Origin: Macrostomum lignano
Taxonomy: Eukaryota
Assembly: GCA_002269645.1 (NCBI GenBank)
Contig: NIVC01005097.1
Coordinates: 1 to 26,334, forward strand
DNA length: 26,334 nucleotides
Direction of reading: 5' to 3'
The notes beneath the pieces were generated by a model. The model searched no databases. It saw only the letters and a program-made list of their open reading frames with translations, and was not told the DNA's origin. Every line of letters begins with the position of its first letter. Position 1 is the stretch's first letter. Made by a program: the position numbers and the translations under genes. Shown here one piece after another: positions 11,016 to 21,544 of the stretch.

Positions 11016-11378
11016 GAGTTGATAGAAAAAATATGACACATTAAGTGTGAACACACAATGCGCTAACAGGGAACTCAGTGAGGCGGTATCAACTGAAGGT
11101 TGATTGGCCCATAAATCCAGAAACCTGGAGGCCGGTGGTTAACCAGGCGCACAGACCTCAGGCCTCAATTCATTGCAGCCTCAGGCTTGTAGGCCTCACA
11201 AAGCCAGAGATAATTGGCAGTGGAGGGAGGCTGAAAATACCTGCCTATCCTTGGCTGCTCCGACCCGACCCCCCCCCAGAGATTCGCGGAAAAGATTCAG
11301 CCGAAACAAATGAGTGCGAGGTGCAAACTTCGGGCGCAGGAAACAAATGGTTCAATAAAGATGAAGCAGCACTGATAC

Positions 11379-11804
11379 CCGGCCTGTCCCCGCGCCCAGT
11401 CTCCCAGATGCTGCGAAGATTAACTGTGTAGAGGCCGGCACTGCTGCGTGCGGCCCCCCAGCCTCCCCGGGTCCTCTACGGGTTTTTAAATCCCCAAAAT
11501 GGGACGCGCGATGCCTCCTGCTTGACACTGATTTATGAAAAGTAGCCGCCGGAGTCGGTGGTTGAAAAGTAACACTTCCGTGTAGGCTGTGGAAGCTGTG
11601 CGAAAGCCCGGGGATCCCCGGGATCTGAGCTTTCAATCAAGTTCGGTTCGTTCAGCCAATCCTTTGTTGTCTCTCCTCTCTTTCGCTGTTTTGCAAACAA
11701 ACTGCACGCAGGCCAACTCTGCTGCCCCTTCAGGACTTTTGCACTTTCTGGCCCTGCCTTCCCGCAGATTTCACCGCTTGATTTCTGAAGTTTCCTACAG
11801 TTTT
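11379..11804 (-). CDS. Candidate protocadherin cytoplasmic-tail exon(s)
   Basis: Acceptor TTTTAACAGATTGCAG at 11805 is phase-1 compatible and opens a ~90-codon frame (ENCRKLQK...TTDSGGYFS*). An overlapping second frame (HSFHSLHGSVTFQPPTP...GTGR) ends at a CGG|GTATCA donor at 11379. The two frames do not join without a frameshift or a small intron, and there is no motif support. Confidence 0.3.
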
Positions 11805-11967
11805 CTGCAATCTGTTAAAAGATCATCGGGTTCTGTGTACTTCTAATGATTGAACAGGGGGTTCCCGGATGCTTTAGGTTTAAGTGCTCCCGGGAACAGA
11901 GTGTGGCAATGTTTATTGCCCTCGAGATCTCTTTGCTGTGGTCTCTCAAGTCTCATGGATCTCTCTC

Positions 11968-13495
11968 TGTGATCTCCCTGTTGTCACTGATCTCCCTGTT
12001 GTCACTGATCTCCCTGTTGTCACTGATCTCCCTGTTGTCACTGATCTCCCTGTTGTCACTGATCTCCCTGTTGTCACTGATCTCCCTGTTGTCACTGATC
12101 TCCCTGTTGTCACTGATCTCCCTGTTGTCACTGATCTCCCTGTTGTCTGTGTGATCTCCCTGTTGTCACTGTGATCTTCCTGTTGTCTGTGTGATCTTCC
12201 TGTTGTCACTGTGATCTCCCTGTTGTCACTGATCTCCCTGTTGTCACTGATCTCCCTGTTGTCACTGTGATCTCCCTGTTGTCACTGATCTCCCTGTTGT
12301 CACTGATCTCCCTGTTGTCACTGATCTCCCTGTTGTCTGTGTGATCTTCCTGTTGTCACTGTGATCTCCCTGTTGTCACTGATCTCCCTGTTGTCACTGA
12401 TCTCCCTGTTGTCACTGATCTCCCTGTTGTCTGTGTGATCTTCCTGTTGTCACTGTGATCTTCCTGTTGTCTGTGTGATCTTCCTGTTGTCACTGTGATC
12501 TCCCTGTTGTCACTGATCTCCCTGTTGTCACTGATCTCCCTGTTGTCTCTGTGATCTTCCTGTTGTCTGTGTGATCTCCCTGTTGTCACTGATCTCCCTG
12601 TTGTCTGTGTGATCTTCCTGTTGTCACTGATCTCCCTGTTGTCACTGATCTCCCTGTTGTCACTGATCTCCCTGTTGTCACTGTGATCTCCCTGTTGTCA
12701 CTGATCTCCCTGTTGTCACTGATCTCCCTGTTGTCTCCGTGATCTCCCTGTTGTCACTGTGATCTCCCTGTTGTCACTGATCTCCCTGTTGTCTGTGTGA
12801 TCTTCCTGTTGTCACTGATCTCCCTGTTGTCTGTGTGATCTTCCTGTTGTCACTGTGATCTCCCTGTTGTCACTGATCTCCCTGTTGTCTGTGTGATCTT
12901 CCTGTTGTCACTGATCTCCCTGTTGTCTGTGTGATCTTCCTGTTGTCACTGATCTCCCTGTTGTCACTGATCTCCCTGTTGTCTGTGTGATCTCCCTGTT
13001 GTCACTGATCTCCCTGTTGTCTGTGTGATCTTCCTGTTGTCACTGATCTCCCTGTTGTCACTGATCTCCCTGTTGTCACTGATCTCCCTGTTGTCACTGA
13101 TCTCCCTGTTGTCACTGATCTCCCTGTTGTCACTGATCTCCCTGTTGTCACTGATCTCCCTGTTGTCACTGATCTCCCTGTTGTCACTGATCTCCCTGTT
13201 GTCACTGATCTCCCTGTTGTCCTGTTGTCACTGATCTCCCTGTTGTCACTGATCTCCCTGTTGTCACTGATCTCCCTGTTGTCACTGATCTTCCTGTTGT
13301 CACTGATCTCCCTGTTGTCTGTGTGATCTCCCTGTTGTCTGTGTGATCTCCCTGTTGTCTGTGTGATCTCCCTGTTGTCACTGATCTTCCTGTTGTCACT
13401 GTGATCTCCCTGTTGTCTCCGTGATCTCCCTGTTGTCACTGTGATCTCCCTGTTGTCACTGTGATCTCCCTGTTGTCACTGTGATCTCCCTGTTC
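11968..13495. repeat. 18-bp minisatellite (largest array), with 20-21-bp variants
   Basis: TGATCTCCCTGTTGTCAC in long perfect runs, with interspersed GTCTGTGTGATC(T)TCC variants. It ends about 40 bp from the 13533 donor. Confidence 0.97.
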
Positions 13496-13533
13496 TACTC
13501 GCACTCCTGCACCGCATCCGCACTCGAACTCAC

Positions 13534-14140
13534 CGCGCTTTGCCCTACCGCCGCCGCAGGCTGCACCGCCCATCATCGCCGCATCATCGCCAATGGACGC
13601 CATCGCCGAATGCCGACCAGACGCCCTCAACCGGCGCCGCCGCCGACGCACTAGCAGGTAGGCGAGCGCCGCCGCAGTCAGCAGCATCAGCGAGGCTGTC
13701 AGTCCGGCCAGGAGGCCCAGCACAGCGCTGCCAGCGCTCCCGCCAGTGCCGTCGTTGAAGCCGAAGCCGCCTCCGCCAGCGGCCGACTGCAGCGGCGGCG
13801 CCAGGATCGGCGGCAAACCGCCGGACAGCCGGGACTTTGGCGGCTCGTCCAGCACCAGTAGGCCGATCTGGACGGTGGCGTTGAAGCGCTCAGGCAGGCC
13901 GCAGTCGAAGGCGGCAAGTCGCAGTCGGTGCCAGCCGAGGTCCGCGGGCATCTCAGCCTTCCTGGCCAGTCTCAGGCGGCCCGAATGCCGCTCTAGTTCG
14001 AACAGCGGCTTTTTCATGGACGGTGATTCCTTGCTTCTTGTAGCAGAAGATGCTGTAGAGTCTAGCGGTATGTTCACCTGATTGAGCAGTTTGTACTCAA
14101 CTCTGCCATTCTCCCCCTCATCCGGGTCCTGCGCAGCAGC
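13534..14140 (-). CDS. Protocadherin, third coding exon (rest of EC7, transmembrane helix, start of cytoplasmic tail)
   Basis: Acceptor TTTTTTATTGTCAG|GCT at 14141/14140 gives LVLQ|AAAQDPDEGENGRVEY. The TM segment AVLGLLAGLTASLMLLTAAALAYLLV is followed by RRRRRR. The donor is AAGCGCG|GTGAGT at 13534/13533 (phase 1). Confidence 0.93.
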
Positions 14141-14224
14141 CTGACAATAAAAAAATGTTAAGGAAAAGTATTGTTGGTTTGTTCATATTCTGGCGTACGA
14201 AATTCAAACTGAAAAAATAAAAAT

Positions 14225-14555
14225 AGGGGTGGGCGAGGGTCAACAAAACATGCCAGGCTGGGCCTATGCCAACCCCCTGGCAGTAAGGGGTTAGGAAAAC
14301 TGGGGGGTGGGGCGATGGTCAACCAACCACTCCAGGCTAGACCTACGCCAACCCCCCCCCCGGCAGTAGGGGGTAAGGAAAACTGGGGGGCGATGGTCAA
14401 CCAACCACTCCAGGCTGGACCTACGCCAACCCCCGGCAGTAGGGGTAAGGAAAACTGGGGGGGGATGGTCAACCAACCACTCCAGGCTGGACCTACGCCA
14501 ACCCCCGGCAGTAGGGGGTAAGGAAAACTGGGGGTGGGGCGATGGTCAACCAAAC
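14225..14555. repeat. ~59-61-bp G/C-tract tandem repeat
   Basis: AAGGAAAACTGGGGG...GATGGTCAACCAACCACTCCAGGCTGGACCTACGCCAACCCCCGGCAGTAGGGG, about 4 good copies plus degenerate flanking copies. Confidence 0.9.
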
Positions 14556-14820
14556 ACGCAAAGTGCACTTTTAGCAATGGTACAATAGGGTGGAGACGAA
14601 AAGAGTGCATTAGATAAGGAAAACTGGGGGTTCGGGAATCAGCGCGAAAAGTAGGGGTGTAGGGCTGCTCCAATCTTTAAACAGATTAAGGAAATTGCAT
14701 GGTCAACCAAACATGCCTTCGAATGTACAATAGGGTGGAGGATAAAGAGTGCATTAGATAAGAAAACTTTCGGGAATCAGCGCGGTACTGTAGGTGCATG
14801 GTACTCTATTAAACAGATGA
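14543..14820. repeat. Diverged ~120-150-bp local duplication
   Basis: GGTCAACCAAACA...GTACAATAGGGTGGAG...AAAGAGTGCATTAGATAAG...TTCGGGAATCAGCGCG...TAAACAGAT occurs at ~14543-14690 and ~14700-14820. Confidence 0.85.
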
Positions 14821-14937
14821 TTGCAGTAGAAATTAATTGCCTTCGAAGTAGCCAGATATGCAGGATAATTTGCAGATAAGGCTTAATTTAGATCAGCCTC
14901 CGGTACTCAGAGGTGCATGGTACTCTATGTAACTCAC

Positions 14938-16230
14938 CTGCAGCACCAGGTGATCCTCGGGCTCGTGCACCGAGACAGTGTAGTTGGCCTCAGCAAAGGG
15001 GAACAGAAATCTGGGCGGGCAGTCATTTCTGTCCAGTATCTGGACGGTGACGCTGGCCGTGGATGTCAGACTGGGGTTGCCGTGGTCCCTGGCGAACAGC
15101 GGAAACACGAAGCTCGACCGCTGCTCTCGGTCGAAGCGCCGCTGGGTGACGATGGCGCCAGACTCGTGCACCAGGAAGGCGCCCGGCTCTCCGCCGAAGA
15201 AAGTCACCCGGCCGCCGTCGCCGCTGTCCGGATCGGCGCACCGGACAGGCCCAAGTTCGAGTCCGGGCGGCTCGTTCTCCTCCAACGAGAAGTCCAGCCG
15301 GCTCGGCAGCTGTGGCGCAACGTCGTTGACGTCGAGAATCTCCACGTTGACGGTGGCCGTGGCGGCCAGGGACACGGGGCGACCGCAGTCCTCGGCCAGG
15401 ATGCGCAGAGTGACGGAGGCGCGGCTCTCGCGGTCCAGCCGGCCAGCTACCCGGACGGCTCCGGTGACGGCATCCACGGCGAACAGCCGGTCCTCGGCGT
15501 CGGACAGGAGCGGCAGCAGCCGGTAGACGACCCGCCCGTTCTCCCCAGCGTCCGCGTCCGTCGCCGTCACATTGGCGACAATGCGGCCGCGGGGACTGTC
15601 CTCCGGCGTCGAGACGAACAGCTCGTGGGCGACCAGCACCGGCGGGTTGTCGTTGTCGTCCTCTACGGAGACGAGCAGCGGCAGGCGGGTCGCCAGGCCG
15701 CCACCATCGGTGCAGACGACCACCAAGGGGTGGACAGCGCTGAGCTCGCGGTCGAGCCTGGCCAGAGTGAGGATCTGGTAGATGCCCAGCTGCTGGTCGA
15801 ACTCGTGCACCTCAAACAGGTGCGACGGCTGCCGGTGCGCCGGGTTAAGTCCACAGCGGACGGTGCCATTGGCTCCGAGGTCCGGATCCTTGGCCGTGAA
15901 GGAAGCCACCACGGTGTGCGGCGGCCGGTTCTCTGCGACGCCCACGGGCCCGCCGGAGCCGGTCAGCTGCACGCTGGGCGCGTTGTCGTTAACGTCCAGC
16001 ACGAGGAGTCGCAGCGAAGCGACACCGGTTTTTGGCGGCCGGCCGCCGTCAACGGCGCGGAGTTGTGCACGCAGCTCCGGCGTCGATTCTCGGTCGAGAG
16101 GCCGCTCCAGCCGCAGTCGGCCGCTGTCAGAGTCGACGCTAATCAGGCGGCGAACTGCGGCCAGCGTGTCCGGCGCGAGCTGGTAGCTCACGCGGCCGTT
16201 TGCTCCATCGTCAGCGTCGTGGGCTCGAAC
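14938..16230 (-). CDS. Protocadherin, second coding exon (rest of EC3, EC4-EC6, start of EC7)
   Basis: 1293 nt open frame (431 codons) with repeated AxDxD, LDRE/FDRE and DxNDNxP motifs. The acceptor CACAAG|GTT at 16231/16230 joins NLMQ to VRAHDADDGANG in phase 0. The donor is CTGCAG|GTGAGT at 14938/14937. Confidence 0.96.
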
Positions 16231-16299
16231 CTTGTGAACGGCGATGAGTGATGTGTTGACACTTGATTCTTAAATGACCATTGAGATCATGAGAGAAAC

Positions 16300-16668
16300 C
16301 CCTTGTGGTCTGTGGGCTGCCCCAACCCCCTCTTATCTGTGGACTGTTTCAACCCCCTTCTTATCTGTGGACTGTTTCAACCCCCTTCTTATCTGTGGAC
16401 TGTTTCAACCCCCTTCTTATCTGTGGACTGTTTCAACCCTATTCTTATCTGTAGACTGTTTCAACCCCTTTCTTATCTGTGGACTGTTTCAACCCCCTTC
16501 TTATCTGTAGACTTTTTCAACCCCCTTCTTATCTGTGGGCTGCCCCAACCCTCTTTTTATCTGTGGGCTGCCCCAACCCCCTTCTTATCTGTGGGATGCC
16601 CTAACCCCCCTTATCTGTGGGCTGCCAAAAACCCCTTCTTATCTGTGGACTGCCCCAGCGCCTCTTAT
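16300..16668. repeat. 27/28-bp minisatellite
   Basis: CCCCCTTCTTATCTGTGGACTGTTTCAA and ...GGGCTGCCCCAA variants, about 13 copies, in protocadherin intron 1. Confidence 0.93.
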
Positions 16669-17070
16669 AATAAGATAATGTATCAATAAGATTGTTTACT
16701 ATCAATTAATTTTACCGCCAATCAGGTTTGTTGGCCAGACTGCCAATCAGCCTTTGTTGAAGTCACTTTCTTAGAAGTGAGCAAAGGAAATTAAGAGCAA
16801 AGTAGAGAGGGAAAAAGCTAACAAAGGCGAATTAATGAGTTACAACTTTTGTATTAAGGCAATTATGGATATAAGAGTATAAACTTAGATATTACAAGCG
16901 TAGCTCATTATCAAAATATACTTGCAACAAACATGGGCTCAATCAGATCCAGGTGTTAGCTCTCTCCTGTGTCAACCCACTCGAGTGACCCCAGGACGAT
17001 GCCAACAGGACATCCCAACTATGCCAACCCACCATCCGAAGCAGACTCAGACTCAGCAGCAAATACCCAC

Positions 17071-17943
17071 CTGCATGAGGTTGGCGGCTGGCGAGTTCTC
17101 GGCCACCGCCATCTCGTAGGTGTGCCTCTCAAACTCCGGAAAGCAGTCGTTGGCGTCCAGCACCGCCACATTCAGCTGCAGGTGTCCAAACCGTCGAGGC
17201 GCGTCGCCGAAGTCCGTAGCCGCCACAGTCAGGTTGTACTTTGCCAGGCGTTCTCGGTCTAGCGGCGCCGTTAACTTTAAGTACACCTGCGTTGCCGAGT
17301 CAAACTCGACGCTGAATTCTGTTGGCGACGTTTCCACCAGCGAGTAGGCGAGGCGGGCGTTCCGGCCGCTGTCGGCGTCCGTGGCGTGCGGAATCGCCCG
17401 CCTGGTGCCCGGCGGATCGGCCTCGCTGAACTGCAGTCGGTGTCGCGGTGGCTCGAACACCGGCGAGTGATCGTTTACGTCCAGGACGCTGATCCGAACG
17501 CTGAACACCAACATGGGCTCCTCGAGCGGTTTCAGGATGCAGCTCAGCATCAGTTGGCAGTCAGCCGTGTCCGAGTCCGGACAGACGGCCTCCCGGTCGA
17601 GCCGGCGTACCAGCGTCAGGTCGTAGCGAATCGCAGCGCCGTTGCCATGTCCGCCTATCGATTTTTTCACCCGAAAGTGCTGCCGGAAGTCGGGCCGGTG
17701 CAGAAGAAATTCCACAGAACGGCGAGTCAGAGCCGCCTGGCTGAGCTGGTCGCCCAGCCGCAGGTCGGCCACAAGGTCTCCAATAATTAGCGGCCCGTCC
17801 GTCTCCTCGGCAACTGAATAGCTCACGTTGTACCGGGCTTGTATCGCCGGCCATGGCAGCAAAGCAAGCAGCAAAAGCAACGGAGACGCCGGCATCGCGT
17901 CGTTGTTCTGCTTCTGGGCACTCGGTCGGCGCTGTGTGAGCAT
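17071..17943 (-). CDS. Protocadherin, first coding exon (signal peptide, EC1, EC2, start of EC3)
   Basis: Signal peptide MPASPLLLLLALLPWPAIQA. EC1 carries the protocadherin-typical cysteine pair LDREAVCP...DCQL, and the exon has the calcium motifs DVNDHSP, ATDADSG, LDRE and DANDCFP. The donor is ATGCAG|GTGGGT at 17071/17070 (phase 0). Start options are ATG17991, ATG17943 (AAAAATG context) and ATG17895. Confidence 0.95.
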
Positions 17944-18044
17944 TTTTGTTTTAATGAACTGTAATTTCCTGTGGAAGCTTATGTTCAACATTTATATACA
18001 GTAACAAGTGGTGCCATGGGAAAGACAGAGCCTAACTTTGTTGC

Positions 18045-18290
18045 GTGGGGTGGGTGTTATTTGAAGAGTCCGCGGCGTGGGGTGGGTGTTATTTGAAGCG
18101 TCCGCGGCGTGGGGTGGGTGTTATTTGAAGCGTCCGCGGCGTGGGTGGGTGTTATTTAAAGCGTACGTGGCGTGGGGTGGGTGTTATTTGAAGCATCCAC
18201 GGCGTGGGTTGGGTGTTATTTAAAGCGTCCGCGGCGTGGTTTGGGTGTTATTTGAAATCTTCGCGGATTGGGGTGGTTGGTTGGGCATTT
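18045..18290. repeat. 31/32-bp minisatellite upstream of the protocadherin start
   Basis: GGGGTGGGTGTTATTTGAAGCGTCCGCGGCGT, about 7 copies. Confidence 0.93.
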
Positions 18291-20096
18291 GGGTTGGGAA
18301 TGAAGCAATAAAAGTGCTTCGCTTAAGGTCTCGACTCTGTGCCAAGCAAAATAAGAAGGCTGAAGCCCTGCTACAACCGCAAGCTGAGCTGTTTCCCCCA
18401 AAGCGAAAGGCAAACGAACGACCGCCTGTCCATCGGCTCCGATTGATGCGCTTGGTCTGACTGATTTGGTCATGCGATATCCTTTAAGACAAAATGGGCT
18501 CTTTTTTCTACGCCGAACACGGGCAAATAATAAACGTATCGTTTTGGAGTCCCTCGCTGCAAATGAAGCAGAACGACAACAAAAACGGCGAAGTTGAACA
18601 GCCTCCAAGCTAGCGCTACGCTGTCTTTCCGTGTACCGCTTCCGCGGAGCTGATCATTCAGATGCTTCTGTCACGGAATTTGCCGAGTGGCAACAGGTCT
18701 CTCAAGCGCCCCTGTGACCCCCCAGCCCCCGCCTCGCCGCCAAGCTCAGCTTCCTAGCGACGAGAAGCCGCGGCCCAAGGAGGAAACCAAATACTGTTTG
18801 GCAGAGCGCGGGCTCTCCTTTGTCGCCAAGCCTAATTTTGTCTGACTTCTCTGCGTACCTGAGGGAGAACCGGGGGCCACGCCCGGGTGCTGTTTGAGGC
18901 GCGGGGTTTGCAGGTGGAGATGAGGGGGGCGGGATAAAGCAAAATGGGCCAATTTGTCAAATAGTTCCCCGTTCTGTGCCCATGCTGAGAAGCTCTGAAC
19001 CGACTACTTAAATTCTGATGTCGACTTCCCTCTCGCAATTTCCCAGTGCGTTAGATCGGGTAAATTCTGAGTAAGAGGGTGTCTGCTGGCAAGAATAAAA
19101 ACACGGCCACTTGAGCAGAGCAAGCAGCTACCTCTGAGCTGGAGTGGCAGAGTGACAACTCTCAGGCATCAGCAGAGGCTTAAAGCACCTTAGCCTGGAG
19201 TGAGCGGATCCGTGTTTACGCAGCCCCAGACTCCTTGACGGAAGCGGCTGGTCCGTACCCTGCCAGAGAGCAAAAAACTGAGCGACTTCAGAGATGGAGC
19301 AGAACTTCTCTAGGCACTTTTTCTCCGCAGCATCAAAAAAGTGTCAGAAGTTGCCTGCCTTGGGCATATCAGAGAGGCGGCCAACTGTTAACAATGCAAT
19401 TTAGCTCTACAAAAAGGTCAGGAACAGCAGATTCTGCTCATGCAGTTTTGGCCAGCTGGCTGGGAAACTGGCTCTGCCGCAGGAAAGGTGCTGCTGCCTT
19501 GTTAATTCTCATTCTCCAACAACTCCTCATCAGGGAAATCTGAGCTCATCATTTGTGGGATGCAAAGAAATGCTTTTTGGCTCCAGCTGAAAGGAGATGA
19601 AATCCCCAGAAATGAAGTTGCTTTGAAGTTGCTGCATCGAGAGGCGGCATGGTGGGAGTTGAGACCCCTGCTGTCCCCAGCTCACCCTATCAAGTGTTTG
19701 GAGCTTATCCTAACAAAACTTTACCACCAGCCAGTCCGACCCTCCGCTCTCCGGTGGGGCAAAAATCAATAATTATTATCAGCCAATTAAGCTGCTCGAG
19801 AGCCCTGCGAGTTTACCTTTGGACTTTTTTTTTGTCGACTGCGACTGGGCGATGGAGTGGCTGAGGCCTGAGTTTCAAGGGGCCGATTTTATCTCCCCTC
19901 CGCTCTCAGAATCTTTCCAAGCGATGAAGCGGAGGCGCGGGTGGGGGCCCGAGAGTCCACTCGATTGGATTGAATCGGAAATTGGCAGCTCGCTGCTTCT
20001 GGAAGCAGCTGACTAGACAATAACCGGCCGGGGTGGCGCCCGTTCCAGCCTAGCCGCTCCTCTGCTCACCGGTGCTGAACTGCGGTGTGGCCTTGT

Positions 20097-21290
20097 TGGG
20101 CGCCAATCTGGAGTGTGAGGGGCGCCAGCTGGGGAGTGAGGGGCGCCAAACTGGGGAGTGAGGGGCGCCAAACTGGGGAGTGAGGGGCGCCAAACTGGGG
20201 AGAGAGGGGCGCCAGCTGGGGAGTGAGCTAGGCGCCAGCTGGGGAGTGAGGGGCGCCAGCTGGGGAGTGAGGGGCGCCAGCTGGGGAGTGAGGGGCGCCA
20301 GCTGGGGAGTGAGCTAGGCGCCAGCTGGGGAGTGAGGGGCGCCAGCTGGGGAGTGAGGGGCGCCAAACTGGGGAGTGAGGGGCGCTAGCTGGGGAGTGAG
20401 GGGCGCCAAACTGGGGAGTGAGGGGCGCTAGCTGGGGAGTGAGGGGCGCCAAACTGGGGAGTGAGGGGCGCCAGCTGGGGAGAGAGAGGCGCCAAACTGG
20501 GGAGTGAGGGGCACCAGCTGGGGAGAGAGAGGCGCCAAACTGGGGAGTGAGGGGCGCCAGCTGGGGGTGAGGAGCGCCAGCTGGGGAGAGAGGGGCGCCA
20601 GCTGGGGAGTGAGGGGCGCCAGCTGGGGAGTGAGGGGCGCCAAACTGGGGAGTGAGGGGCGCAAGCTGGGGAGAGAGGGGCGCCAAACTGGGGAGTGAGG
20701 AGCGTCAGCTGTGGAGAGAGGGTCGCCAGCTGTGGAGAGAGGGTCGCCAGCTGGGGAGAGAGGGGCGCCAAACTGGGGAGAGAGGGGCGCCAAACTGGGG
20801 AGAGAGGGGCGCCAAACTGGGGAGAGAGGGCGCCAAACTGGGGAGAGAGGCGCGCAAAAATGGGGAGAGAGGGGCGCCAAACTGGGGAGTGAGGGGCGCA
20901 AGCTGGGGAGAGAGGGGCGCCAAACTGGGGAGTGAGGGGCGCCAAACTGGGGAGTGAGGGGCGCCAAACTGGGGAGTGAGCTAGGCGCCAGCTGGGGAGT
21001 GAGCTAGGCGCCAGCTGGGGAGTGAGCTAGGCGCCAGCTGGGGAGTGAGCTAGGCGCCAGCTGGGGAGTGAGCTAGGCGCCAGCTGGGGAGTGAGCTAGG
21101 CGCCAGCTGGGGAGTGAGCTAGGCGCCAGCTGGGGAGTGAGCTAGGCGCCAGCTGGGGAGTGAGCTAGGCGCCAGCTGGGGAGTGAGCTAGGCGCCAGCT
21201 GGGGAGTGAGCTAGGCGCCAGCTGGGGAGTGAGCTAGGCGCCAGCTGGGGAGTGATGGGCACCAGCTGGGTGGGGAGTGAGGGGCGCTAG
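20097..21290. repeat. G-rich 21/23-bp minisatellite
   Basis: GGGGAGTGAGGGGCGCCA(GCT/AACT) variants, then near-perfect 23-bp GGGGAGTGAGCTAGGCGCCAGCT copies at ~20972-21250. Confidence 0.96.
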
Positions 21291-21544
21291 CAGAGCTCAG
21301 ACAGAGTTCAGTCAATTTGATGCAGGGATGCTGGCAAAGAAAAAAGGCGCGGTTCCATTTCGGGATAAAAATCAAAATGCACATAGGCTGCTTGAAAGTA
21401 AAAAAGATTAACCAAAAAACCAAGGTGTCCCCTGTCAGACTGCTGAGCCTGTCTCTAAACATTTCAATTTTTGACCTAGTTGAAATACGAACTGCTCCAC
21501 AGACTTGAGTACAGTGACCTATCCACAGACTTGAACTCTGATTC

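Noticed and set aside
673-13439. Many long ORFs with periodic peptides (CPICLSL, QILSCC, GMGIWTQL, MADEGSV, SLMAQSG, TTGRSV, HSPSLH)
   Set aside because: They are translations of stop-poor minisatellite units in several frames at once. Cys-rich patterns such as CPIC are not zinc fingers.
14917-16251. 444-aa plus-strand ORF
   Set aside because: It is the antisense shadow of GC-rich protocadherin exon 2 and has no independent motif. The other ORFs overlapping the protocadherin and MEPCE exons are rejected for the same reason.
18300-20010. Several 60-130-aa ORFs in unique sequence upstream of the protocadherin
   Set aside because: They show no domain similarity and no consistent splice or codon pattern. 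Nothing resembles a transposase, reverse transcriptase or a second cadherin.
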